The translations under genes and the position numbers were made by a program. Source: a bacterium (lineage in GTDB: Bacteria > SAR324 > NAC60-12). From it: DNA of 64,000 bases. Numbering within the stretch: position 1 is the first letter of the stretch; each line of letters opens with the position of its first letter. The DNA is taken from NCBI GenBank assembly GCA_965205865.1, contig CBDBHR010000028.1:352001-416000 (forward strand), written 5' to 3'. Of the stretch, positions 18,530-28,166 are shown piece after piece. The notes under the pieces are model-generated. The model worked only from the letters and a program-made list of their open reading frames with translations, did no database searches and had not been told where the DNA came from.

Positions 18530-18645
18530 GCTAAACGTTACGCTCAGTTACCGCCATCTCTAGAAAAAATAAGAAACCAGACAAAATCTTGAACGAGACT
18601 TTTAGAGGCAAAGCGGCGTGATGGCGGTCAACTGAAGCATCTTGT
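18530..18645 (-). other. attC site interrupted by a group IIC intron (R'' completed at 19158-19162)
   Basis: Reconstituted minus strand: AGTTAAC-AAGATG-CTTCAGTTGACCGCCATC...GATGGCGGTAACTGAG-CGTAAC-GTTTAGC, with two extrahelical bases. Confidence 0.85.
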
Positions 18646-19157
18646 GTGTGCCCGGCATGGGCATGAACTTATGGGGTGTGAGTCCCCTGTACATTATCCG
18701 AAAAGTATACTAGTCAGCTTATGATTACAACTTTAAAAAGTACTAGCCGAGGGCAAGTGCGGGGAGGTGACGAGCCGTGCGGAGGAAGCCTAAGCGCAAA
18801 CCTACGAGTCGACGGACAGAAACAGCATATAAGGCTGAACTTCGGGGCGAGCAAGCACAACATTGCGATGTCCACTCGGATTAAGGAGGATGGTAAATGC
18901 TGCGATTGTGTAGGGAAAGTTCATGCTCTTACCCGGGGAGATCTGATCGTGATGCGGTCGGAGATAGTGCTCTGTACCTGATGAAGCCGACCGGTGGAGA
19001 TGATTAAAATAGGTGCGTTGTGGGACGAATAAACGTACAGGTTTGTGGTTGCAAATCTGGTCCGGCTACGGCCCGACACTCTTTGGGAATCGCCCCGTAC
19101 GGACCCGTATGTGGGGTTGATGGGAGGGAGGGGAGAAAAACCCCTTCCGATCCCGAT
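18646..19157 (+). mobile_element. ORF-less group IIC intron inserted in an attC site (512 nt)
   Basis: 5' GTGTGCCCGGCATGGG; domain V GAATCGCCCCGTACGGACCCGTATGTGGGG; 3' CCCGAT; flanks rejoin as TTGT/TAACTGC. Confidence 0.9.
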
Positions 19158-19609
19158 TAACTGCTTTTTTGATCAAATGCTAGTTTTCCTAATTCTTGAT
19201 ACAACTCAGCTAATTTATTCTCAGCTTGGTCATAAATTTCCTTTAGATTATCATGTTTTCTTAAAACAGGATGGCTTCCTAAAAATTGATAAATATAATC
19301 AACTGCTACTGAAGCACGATCCATTGCCTCAAAATAATGCCCATCATTAATTTCTGATTCTTCTTCATCTGGAACTAATATGATTGGTTCTTCTTTCTTT
19401 TCTTTTAGAATAGGTTTTCTAAAGGCATTCAGTTGATATCTAATATCTTCACGCAGTTCTTCTGGAGTAGCTCCAAATGGTGAGATAGGTGATTCTGTCC
19501 ATCCTTCAATATTACCTTGTTCATCATAGTAAACCTCATGGATCTGATATGCTTTTTCCTCAGATTCCAATATTTCTTTTTTGATGATTCTATAATTCCA
19601 GTGTGACAT
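19157..19609 (-). CDS. Hypothetical protein, integron cassette
   Basis: 150-aa AT-rich ORF MSHWNYRIIKK. The cassette starts G^TTAACTGC and ends GCAGTTAAC, with the stop codon inside R''. Confidence 0.75.
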   Translation of the reverse strand: MSHWNYRIIKKEILESEEKAYQIHEVYYDEQGNIEGWTESPISPFGATPEELREDIRYQLNAFRKPILKEKKEEPIILVPDEEESEINDGHYFEAMDRASVAVDYIYQFLGSHPVLRKHDNLKEIYDQAENKLAELYQELGKLAFDQKSS

Positions 19610-19625
19610 TTTAGTTTTTCTTGGC

Positions 19626-19722
19626 AGTTAACGAATAGCATTTTATCAGTAATGGCCTGATCGCACAGCCGTTTATCCTTCTCTGGATGTCGGCGGCCAT
19701 TTCGGATAAAATGTGGTTGAAC
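19626..19722 (-). other. attC site (97 bp)
   Basis: Minus strand GTTCAAC...CATTTTATCCGAAATGGCC / GGCCATTACTGATAAAATG...GTTAACT. Confidence 0.7.
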
Positions 19723-19852
19723 TGAGCCGCGTTGACGGAGTTCAGCGGTGTTTTTTGCTATGGGTATTGTATAAGGGAGGCAGAGTAGGAAGGCAAGGAA
19801 AAAGGAATGGTCGTTGGCATGCCATCTCCTCGAAAAAGGGTTGTTCTAGCTA

Positions 19853-21686
19853 GACCCTAGCCGAAAAGGGTTTCGAAAATAGTAAATATAACCGATTGGA
19901 TTCTATTTGATTCTCTATTTGATTCAATATGACGAGAAAACGATTTATTTTTGTTTTTTATTCGCCCACAGCACAGTTTTTATAGGGAAAAAATCTTTTT
20001 TGGACATACTTTCCTCGCCCCTGCTCATATTTCACACTCCCCCATTGAATATTCAGGCCGCTTGTTTGAGTTGTCTTTTTTTCAACTCAATCATTTTGCA
20101 AAAATTATAGGTTAATGCTTTTTCCAGCAACTCTGCCCGAACGTTTTCAATCCCTCTGCGCATAACTTGTCCGAAATGGAAACGATGCTTAAGATGAAAC
20201 ATCAACGACTCTGCAGCAGATCTTCCATTTCGTGATTCCAAATAGATTTCACTTTCCCATTCTTCAATCGGGGTCATCTTTTTTCCCTTTGCCCCACTAA
20301 TACTAAAAACCTTAACGCCTTTGCCCATCCACTTTTCTCTGATCGCCTGATTGGCATATCCATCATCAAGGCTCACTTCAGAGGGAATGGTGATGGTGCA
20401 TCGCAAATGTTCAACAAGGGCAGGGTCGAGTTGCCCTGAATCAGCAGCATTGCCCTCCGGAGTAATTAACACGGAAATAAAACCATTTCCGCTCCTTCCT
20501 AATTGAGGCTTATATCCGATAAGCGCTTCTCGATCTCCCTTTTGAATATAAGCCGAACTCTGATCGGAAAGACTCAATACTTTCTCAGTAGAAGGAACCT
20601 TCTTTTCTTCAAAAACTCTTTGATGACAGTAGATGATTACCCGTTGCAAATTAGAAATATCTTCATTCATCATTTCAATGAGGCGAATCAAACGCGTTTT
20701 CCGAGAAGGGGGGAGAAGAGCTTTTTGGGCACGGATATCCACCTTTGCCATTTCTTTTAAAAATTTCCCATGAGCGCTTTGAGCTTTCTTCAATAGGGTT
20801 TTGTAATGTTTTTTTCGCTTCGTTTTACTGTCCTTTTTACCTGTCTCAAAAGCAATCATCTTAGAGAGCTTATTCATCTCCTTGATGAGGAAATCAAAAT
20901 TTCTTTCACTGATCTCAGCGATTCCAAATGTATCAAGGGAACGCCCTCGATGGTAGCTTCGCTCCACGAGACGAGTCAATATCGACGAATCAGTAGGCCA
21001 AGCTGTATTTCCTTTTACAGAGGTGCTATCCAGTTTTAAAATATCAAAATCGTCCAACTCTTCATTGAGAACCATTCGAATTTGAGCATCGAAAATAAAC
21101 TGTCTGGTCTCGTTGCTGACAGCATTGACATTATCAAGGATTGTACTCGCTCCCGGCATTTTCAATCCACGGTTGAGCAGAAGCAGATGCAGTGTGATTG
21201 ACTCTGAAAGAAATATTTGGGCCGTTTGGGATTTGATACTTCCTAAGTATCCCCGAATCATCATAAAAAGGTAGACTAAAAAAGCCGACATCCGAGGACA
21301 CCCTATTTCCAGCCTCAGTTCTTCCGGCTTCAATTCCTCATCTTCTACGGGAAGATGAGGAAGCCATGGATTCCGGGCTTCCTGCCATCGTTTATCCTCT
21401 AAACGCTCTTTCTTTTTATTTCTTGCGTATTTCTCCAAATCCTGTTCAATTTTGTCCAATATCTCCGGCTCTCGCTCAGACAATTGATCAAGTTCTGATA
21501 AGAAATTTTCAAATTCTGTATCAGGAGCGCTTAAAAAAAGATGTTTTTCTGCTCGAATGAATGGTTTCATTTTGGGTGCCATAATTCTTAATATTGAAGT
21601 TATTCACAGTTATTTCAATGAATTATGGCACTTTTTAACCTCAAGTTAAAGATATAATTCTAAAAAATACCTTTTCGGCTAGGATC
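19853..21686 (-). mobile_element. Intact DDE insertion sequence (IS5-like/ISNCY), transposase 20053-21582
   Basis: 509-aa transposase with DST..WPTDS, DDGY and RSAAES motifs; IR GACCCTAGCCGAAAAGG / GATCCTAGCCGAAAAGG; flanking direct repeat TAGCTA. Confidence 0.9.
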
Positions 21687-21842
21687 TAGCTAAAATCTTC
21701 TTCATTTGATCTCTGTAAAGTGGGTTAGAAGTCTTCAAACGCTCTTGGCTCCAAGGAGGGTTCTCTTTTTGGACAAACTCCCCTTGTCTTTCCCTCAGGA
21801 GCGTGTTTTTTGACGATTTTTGCTCTAAAAGCCTCCAAGCAT

Positions 21843-22905
21843 TTAGGAAGAATCGTTCCTTTCCGGCCTGGGCCCTGTCGCAGCAGGCTCTCCGAGGGCA
21901 TGAAAGGCCGGGATTGGCCGACTCCGTCGCATCGTTCCCGTCTCACAGACCGGACAGCGGTTCCACTCCTCCCCAAGCAAGGTGCTGATCAATTCAAGCG
22001 CCGTTTTCTTCGGCGGTTTGTGATAATCGCCCTGCACAGCCAAGGCCTGGCGAATGAGATTCAATTTCTCGGCTTTCTGGTTATGGGCCTGAAAGCCATA
22101 AAAGCGGATGCGCGGGGCGGCCTTCCGATGAAGCCATCGGGTAAGACAGCGGAAGGCCGCCCCTTTGCAAAAAACGTCGGATGAACTCTTCGGCGCTTAA
22201 GCGCATCGTCTCACGGGTGCCGCTTTTGCGATTCTGATAGCTGAAGACGACGTGGCCGTCTTCAATGGCGAGAATGCGATGATTGGCAATGGCGACACGA
22301 TGGGTATAACGCGCCAGATAATCGAGCACATAATCCGGCTGATCAAAGCTCTCTTTAGAAAAAACAACCCAGGCCTTGCCATAGAGCGTATCCAGCAATG
22401 ACTGAAAGGCAAGCGGATGCGCCAGATCAGCCGTCTTTCCCGGGAACTGAAGCGCTCCCTGTTGATACGCCTTTTTCAAGCCATCTAAATACTTGCCGCG
22501 AAACTTCGCAGAGAGGGCCACGACGTTAAAGAGGTAATCCCCTTTCACCCCGATCCATTGAGAACCATCAAATCAGAGGGCTCCGGCAGGAATAACCACA
22601 TGCAAATGAAAGTGAGCCAGCAGTTTCTGGTTCCAGGTATGCAGCACGGCCAGAAACCCCAATTGCCCCCCGAGATGATGCTTGGGATCAGCGGCAAATG
22701 CCTGGAGGGTTTCCGCGGTGCTCTTGAAGAGTAAATTCAACAACACCTTTTGATTAGACAAAATCAAACCATTCAACTCGTGGGGTAGCGTAAAGACATT
22801 GTGAAAATAATTCACCGGCAGCAATTCAGCTCGGCGATCCTCCAACCATCGGGCTTTAGCCAAACTCTGGCACTTGGACGGGGGCGCCTAGCCAATGGCG
22901 GTTAC
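21843..22905 (-). pseudogene. IS91-family (Y2) transposase pseudogene
   Basis: YFHNVFTLP, LHTW..HFHLHVV, YLARYTHR and EEFIRRFL motifs; internal stop, short insertions and 5' truncation. Confidence 0.9.
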
Positions 22906-23131
22906 TAAGAGGGAGGGGAATAAGTTTCTATACATGCTATTATAAGAATTTCTCTTTGAAAACACAAATGATTGTCTTGACCATACAACTTATGATAAAT
23001 TTCTATGCAATGAAGTGAGCACTTAGGACTCAGGATTTAATAACTTCTGAAAGTAGCCCGTAAAGGGGTCTGGCCTTTGATTTGACGATTTATTGCGAAA
23101 TTGATTTTCTTGGGATGATCGTGAGAAACCC

Positions 23132-23543
23132 ATGAAAACGAAATATCAACCCCTCTTATTCAATAACCAATCCCCTTTTATCGTCAAAAAATACGAAACG
23201 GCATCTTTGCATTCTCCGACAGATGCTCCTTGGGGGCATTTTCATACTGAGTTTGAAATTCAATGGGTCACGAAGGGGGAGGGCCTGCGAAATCACTCAT
23301 CTCACTCCTGTTTCTTTTAGCCGTTATTTTAAGAAGGCCACCCAGATCTCTTTCAACCAATATGTGAAGCAGATGCGGGTTTTGAAAGCGTGCCGGCTTT
23401 TGGTGGATACTGAGGACTCCATCACAGACATTGCCTATTCCTGTGGTTTTAAAAGTCTCACCAATTTCAATCGGCAATTTTCGGAGTTAAAACAAACCAC
23501 GCCTCGTCAATTTAGAAAAAACTTCACCCTCCTCCCCAATTAG
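23132..23543 (+). pseudogene. AraC-family regulator with internal deletion
   Basis: Cupin start (HFHTEFEI..VTKGEG) is joined out of frame to the HTH end (IAYSCGF...FNRQF...TPRQFR). Confidence 0.8.
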
Positions 23544-23614
23544 CACGACGGCCTCGCCTTCATTGAAAATCCGGGGACAGTTACGAAAATCAATCACTAA
23601 AAGCAGACCCGATT

Positions 23615-24484
23615 TTAGCGGGGATAGGAATCTTTGTCTTGGAGGAGAGCACGGAGCCGTTCGACTTCCGCAAGCGCTTCTTCTTTTTGTTCTCGCTCTT
23701 GTTCTTTTTGTTCTCGCTCTTGTTCTTCTCTTTGCAAGGCGTTTTCTTTTTGTTCTCGCTCTTGCTCTTTTTCTTGTCGCTCCTGTTGGAAGCTTTTCAG
23801 GAGGAAGGGTTGGTAGAGAGGATCCTCAATTAATGTTTCAAAGGCCACCTGTTTTTCTAAATCCTCCAGACGAAAAGCGAAACGATCCAAAACCCGGGAA
23901 TGAATCACACCAGGCTCTTGGTGCTTCATCTTTTCATAAACCCCCTGCTGATTCAGAAAATAGAACGCGGTGTGCTTGCGCAAACGGTCTAAAATATAAT
24001 ATTCCGCCACTCCCACTTTGGCGTATTCTTCTTTTTTGTGGACCGTATCCCGTTTTACCTCCGCGGGAGTCGAGTCTGATAAAAACTCAATACAGAGATC
24101 ACAAACTCCCCTAAAAGAACGGTCCAGGGGTTTGGCCTCCACAGGATTGGAGTGGAGAATCACGGCCAGATCCGGTTTGCGAATACTGACCTTTTTCTTT
24201 CCCAGCTCCAAACGAAAGCCCATTTCCAATATCATGATCTGTCCGATGGGAAAGACGGTCAAATATTCTTCTAATAAGCGCGAAAACCATCGATAGAGGG
24301 AGATGCTTAAAAAATCGGGCATGGGCTTTTCCTCCAGGAGTCCATTGTTCCATTCATATTGAACATCCGGGTGTTCGTAATAAACCTTCCAATACTCTGC
24401 CTCACTGACCACGAGCGGCTCCTTGGCAGAGAGAGGCACCCGTCTTGGAGAGGAGTGGTTCTTGACAGATTCTAAAGGTGTCAT
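23615..24484 (-). CDS. Uma2-family endonuclease with C-terminal coiled-coil repeats
   Basis: YEWNNG, RKPD, IEFLS and K..EYA..GVAEYYILD motifs; QEREQKE heptad repeats. Confidence 0.85.
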   Translation of the reverse strand: MTPLESVKNHSSPRRVPLSAKEPLVVSEAEYWKVYYEHPDVQYEWNNGLLEEKPMPDFLSISLYRWFSRLLEEYLTVFPIGQIMILEMGFRLELGKKKVSIRKPDLAVILHSNPVEAKPLDRSFRGVCDLCIEFLSDSTPAEVKRDTVHKKEEYAKVGVAEYYILDRLRKHTAFYFLNQQGVYEKMKHQEPGVIHSRVLDRFAFRLEDLEKQVAFETLIEDPLYQPFLLKSFQQERQEKEQEREQKENALQREEQEREQKEQEREQKEEALAEVERLRALLQDKDSYPR

Positions 24485-24972
24485 GACGCCCTCGATGGGA
24501 ATGAGTGGTGAAATTTGTCGTCTTTTCAACAAAATAACACATTGTGCGGAGGACCGCAATATTTCAGCTGATCCCTCTTTCCCTTAAAATTGCCTACCGT
24601 TCGACTGGGATGATGAATATTCAGCAAATATTTGAAGAATCGCATTCATTTTGAGTTTTCCCAACGCCTTGCTCTGGGATTTGTTCAGCCGATGCCGGAT
24701 AGAAATTTCCCGCATTTCCGGGCAAAGGTCTTTCAGCAAAGGCAGGTCATTATTGTAAATTCTCTGTGATCCTCTGTCTCTTTGCGTCTCCGCGTTAAAT
24801 TTTAAATAGCCCTGGTTGGTTCCGGCTATGCCGGGTTAGGTATTCGTTAGCATCGGCTCCCACGCCGATGTGTTTTCATCCGGACTAAAACAGGTTGGGG
24901 CCTTCATCAGGGCATCTTGTTTTTCACAAGAGGCCAACGATCAAAATAGGCCTTGAGCTCTTCTGAGGCATC

Positions 24973-25232
24973 AAAGAGGGTTAAAGAATGGCTGCTGGTC
25001 TTTCGTTTTCTTTTGTGATCGTTTTCAAGAAATCGCCTTTTGCTTAAGGTTTTATTTTAATGTCGCGATTGTTAAAAACGGTCAACGGGGAATGGAAAAG
25101 TGTCAAAAATGATGACTTCTTTCTCTCGATATGAAAAATTATTTTCGTTGATCATCAGAAGACACTCATGAATGAATGAGTCGCCATATTTAAAAAAATC
25201 TTGATACATTTGCAGAGCGATTATACTATTTC
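24973..25232 (+). promoter_or_regulatory. Repeated non-coding promoter-bearing block, copy 2
   Basis: Matches 16754-17061; contains ACTCAT-N6-ATGAGT and TTGATA...TATACT. Confidence 0.65.
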
Positions 25233-25352
25233 TAGGTATGAGAAAAATTTGCTTTAAATGACTAATCGGATAGGTCTTAGAAAAAGAGTTGATTTATTGC
25301 TAGATATAAACGCAGATCGCACCCAGCCAGGTCTGCCACTGAAACCAGGGCG

Positions 25353-25716
25353 CAGAGCGATTATAATGTTTATTCCAGAAACAGAAGGGCAATCGAAGCA
25401 ATGCGATCCTTCACTTTGCGGTGAACATGGTGGAACGCGATCACTGCAGAACGGATTACCAAAATCAGGAGGACAATGAAAGTCTGAAATTAACCCGTTT
25501 CATGTATAAAAAATCTTGATATAAAATATTATCCTTCTAATTAGTCGCTGTCGTGAAATGGCTTTTTGTCCTCTGCGGTCAGCTATCAGATACAGAGCGA
25601 TTATAATATTATTCCAGAAACAGAAGGGCAATATGCGATCCTTCACTTTGCGGTCGTACCATCAGGAGGACCTGAAAGTCTGAAATTAACCCGTTTCATG
25701 TATAAAAAATCTTGAT
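25353..25716 (+). repeat. Direct repeat pair (25353-25521 and 25593-25716)
   Basis: Both copies run CAGAGCGATTATAAT...GAAATTAACCCGTTTCATGTATAAAAAATCTTGATA. Confidence 0.85.
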
Positions 25717-25749
25717 AATGAGGTGGATATGAGAGTAAGCTTAAACACC

Positions 25750-25837
25750 CAGTTCACAGTTCACAGTTCACAGTTCACAGTTCACAGTTCACAGTTCACA
25801 GTTCACAGTTCACAGTTCACAGTTCACAGTTCACAGT
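25750..25837. repeat. Perfect heptamer tandem repeat (CAGTTCA)12 + CAGT
   Basis: Counted directly; followed by degenerate units. Confidence 0.95.
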
Positions 25838-25883
25838 AATAAGTCCCAGTCACAATTCACAAATCCCAAGTTCTACCCTCTTA

Positions 25884-26003
25884 TGTCATCTCGACGGGGC
25901 CGTCGGTACGCCCGGTCCGCGCACGGTGGTCCATATACGGCGTACCGGAAGCAACGCGGTAGCGGCGCCCAGTCCGAGAGGGAGAGATCCTTAAGATCCC
26001 TCG
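25884..26003. repeat. REP-like element with nested insertions
   Basis: TGTCATCTCGAC...GGAGAGATCC..AGATCCCTCG. Confidence 0.5.
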
Positions 26004-26149
26004 TTCCCAGTTCCAAATTCCAAGTTCCTGAATCGGCAATGGGGAATTTGGAAAATCATCGGCGCCTGAGTGCGTCGGTATATGGTTCATTGCCCAATCC
26101 TGGAGCCAATGAATCGGTTTTTTTATCACTCCAAAATGAAGGAGACCCA

Positions 26150-28144
26150 ATGTGTAGAGAAATCGTCGAGAACGTGCTTTCGGGAACGAAAGCAGGTTTT
26201 AAAGCAACCCGCAATCTTGTTTTTAATCAAAAAGCAGAAAGGAGCACCATGAACCGTCAAAAAAGTAGAGGAATCGTCGAGAACGTGCTTTCGGGAATGA
26301 AGGCAGGTTTGAAAGCAATCCTTAATTATGAACATCCATTCGAAAGGAAAAAGATGTTTAATCAAAAAAGCAGCTCAACCTTCAGTGCAACCCTGCTTGC
26401 CCTCATCCTGGGGGTAGCAGTCTTCATGGCTGGCCAGGTCTGGGCAGCCAAACAGATGGTGATCGATCCCGGCACCGGTAAAATGATAACTGCGCCTCAG
26501 TACGGCGGGACCCTCACCTATGCGTTGGCCTCTTTCGTCAACCACACGGACAGCTTTTTATCGCACGGGGCGGGATTGAATGTCTCTCCCGTGCTAGACA
26601 GGCTCGGCATCAGTGACTGGGCGATAGATCGGGAGAAAGTAGCGAACTACGCAGCGCCATACGTGCCTTTAGAAGCCTTAAGGGGGAACCTGGCGGAAAG
26701 CTGGTCGCAGCCCGACGACAAAACCCTGATCTTCAAGATCCGCCAGGGCGTTCACTTGCATGACAAGGCCCCGGTGAATGGCAGAGCGTTAGTGGCGGAT
26801 GATCTCGCCTATAACTATCAACGTTTATTTGGGATAGGAAGGTTCGCCGGTAAAGAGAAAGCCCCCCAGACTTTTGGGATCTTGGCGTTGCCCATCGAAT
26901 CGGTCGAGGCCACCGACAAAACGACGCTGGTTGTCAAGCTGAAGCAGCCCAGCTTTGGTGCGCTGGCGCAGCTCTTTGACGATTGCCATGGTTATGTTTA
27001 CGCCCCCGAGATCATCGAGGAACATGGCAACGCTGAGGATTGGCGGACCGTGGTGGGCACCGGGCCCTTTACGATAACTGACGTTGTCGAGGGCACTTCT
27101 GTCACCTGGGAAAAGAACCCGCACTACTGGAAAAACGACGAAAAATTCCCGCAGAACCGCTTGCCCTATCTGGACAAGTTAGTGGCTCTGATTATGACAG
27201 ATCCGGCAACAAGGCTGGCGGCCATGCGCTCCGGTAAGATTGATTACACAGGTCATCTTGGAAACAGCCAAGTACCGACTATCGATACGGCAGTGGCTCT
27301 TAAGAAGAGCAATCCCCAAATCGTGCAGTGGCCCTTTGCCTATCGGTCGTATAATTCTTTTGCCATCAGCGTCAATAAACCGCCCTTCGATGACATCCGG
27401 GTGCGCCAGGCGCTGCAGATGGCCCTGGATCTGGAGACCATCCACGAATCCTACCATCAAGGTTATGGAGAGTGGCTCCCTCAGGGGATGGTGGGCTCTG
27501 GGATGAGAGGGTATAACAACCCGTTTGAAACGTGGCCTGCCGAGGTCCAGAAGACCTATAGCTATGACCCGGAAGGGGCCGAGAAGCTCCTGGATGAGGC
27601 CGGGTACCCGCGCGGCGCCGATGGCATTCGATTCAAGACCAATTTGTACACGAGTCGAGCCTCGTCCGATACAGGCTATCGAGAATTAGCCGCCGGCTAC
27701 TGGTCTAAGATTGGGGTTGAGGTTGAGGTTAATGCCGTCGACGACCCGCAAATGGTCAATCTCGGGAAGGGACAAACTATCGAAGGGTTTATGGATTTCA
27801 CGAACATCGGGGCCGACTACGGGAATCTTGGCCAGCTCACTGGTATTCAGACGACTGGTGGATGGAACCCCGGCGCCATCAGCGACCCGGTTTATGACGC
27901 TAAGGTTGATGCCGTCAGGGCGGCGACCAGCCTCGAGGAGCAGAAGAGGCTGGTGAAAGAGGCCGATATGTACGCGATTCAGCAAAAGTGGTTTATCTGG
28001 GGTTCTAGAACGCCACAGTTTAACCTGAACCAGCCGTGGGTCGTCGGTTATAGCGGGGAAACCCAGCTGGGGAGTTGTGGATGGGGCCGTGTCTTCACCC
28101 GGTTGTGGATTGACCAGGACCTGAAGAAAGAAATGGGGCATTAG
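26150..28144 (+). CDS. ABC transporter substrate-binding protein, family 5 (alternative starts at 26249 and 26354)
   Basis: Paralog of 8246-10354. Three in-frame ATGs each have an RBS; the signal peptide follows the last one. Confidence 0.9.
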   Translation: MCREIVENVLSGTKAGFKATRNLVFNQKAERSTMNRQKSRGIVENVLSGMKAGLKAILNYEHPFERKKMFNQKSSSTFSATLLALILGVAVFMAGQVWAAKQMVIDPGTGKMITAPQYGGTLTYALASFVNHTDSFLSHGAGLNVSPVLDRLGISDWAIDREKVANYAAPYVPLEALRGNLAESWSQPDDKTLIFKIRQGVHLHDKAPVNGRALVADDLAYNYQRLFGIGRFAGKEKAPQTFGILALPIESVEATDKTTLVVKLKQPSFGALAQLFDDCHGYVYAPEIIEEHGNAEDWRTVVGTGPFTITDVVEGTSVTWEKNPHYWKNDEKFPQNRLPYLDKLVALIMTDPATRLAAMRSGKIDYTGHLGNSQVPTIDTAVALKKSNPQIVQWPFAYRSYNSFAISVNKPPFDDIRVRQALQMALDLETIHESYHQGYGEWLPQGMVGSGMRGYNNPFETWPAEVQKTYSYDPEGAEKLLDEAGYPRGADGIRFKTNLYTSRASSDTGYRELAAGYWSKIGVEVEVNAVDDPQMVNLGKGQTIEGFMDFTNIGADYGNLGQLTGIQTTGGWNPGAISDPVYDAKVDAVRAATSLEEQKRLVKEADMYAIQQKWFIWGSRTPQFNLNQPWVVGYSGETQLGSCGWGRVFTRLWIDQDLKKEMGH

Positions 28145-28166
28145 GATTTCTGATGAGGTCTGTTCC

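Noticed and set aside
23690-23790. 21-bp coding repeats as a novel repeat system
   Set aside because: Coiled-coil QEREQKE tails are common on Uma2-family proteins.
25750-25837. CRISPR array
   Set aside because: Contiguous 7-mer repeats without spacers; no cas genes in the window.
25883-26149. Long N-terminal extension of SBP 2 shown in the ORF track
   Set aside because: It reads through a REP-like element and degenerate heptamers; the first strong RBS is at 26150.
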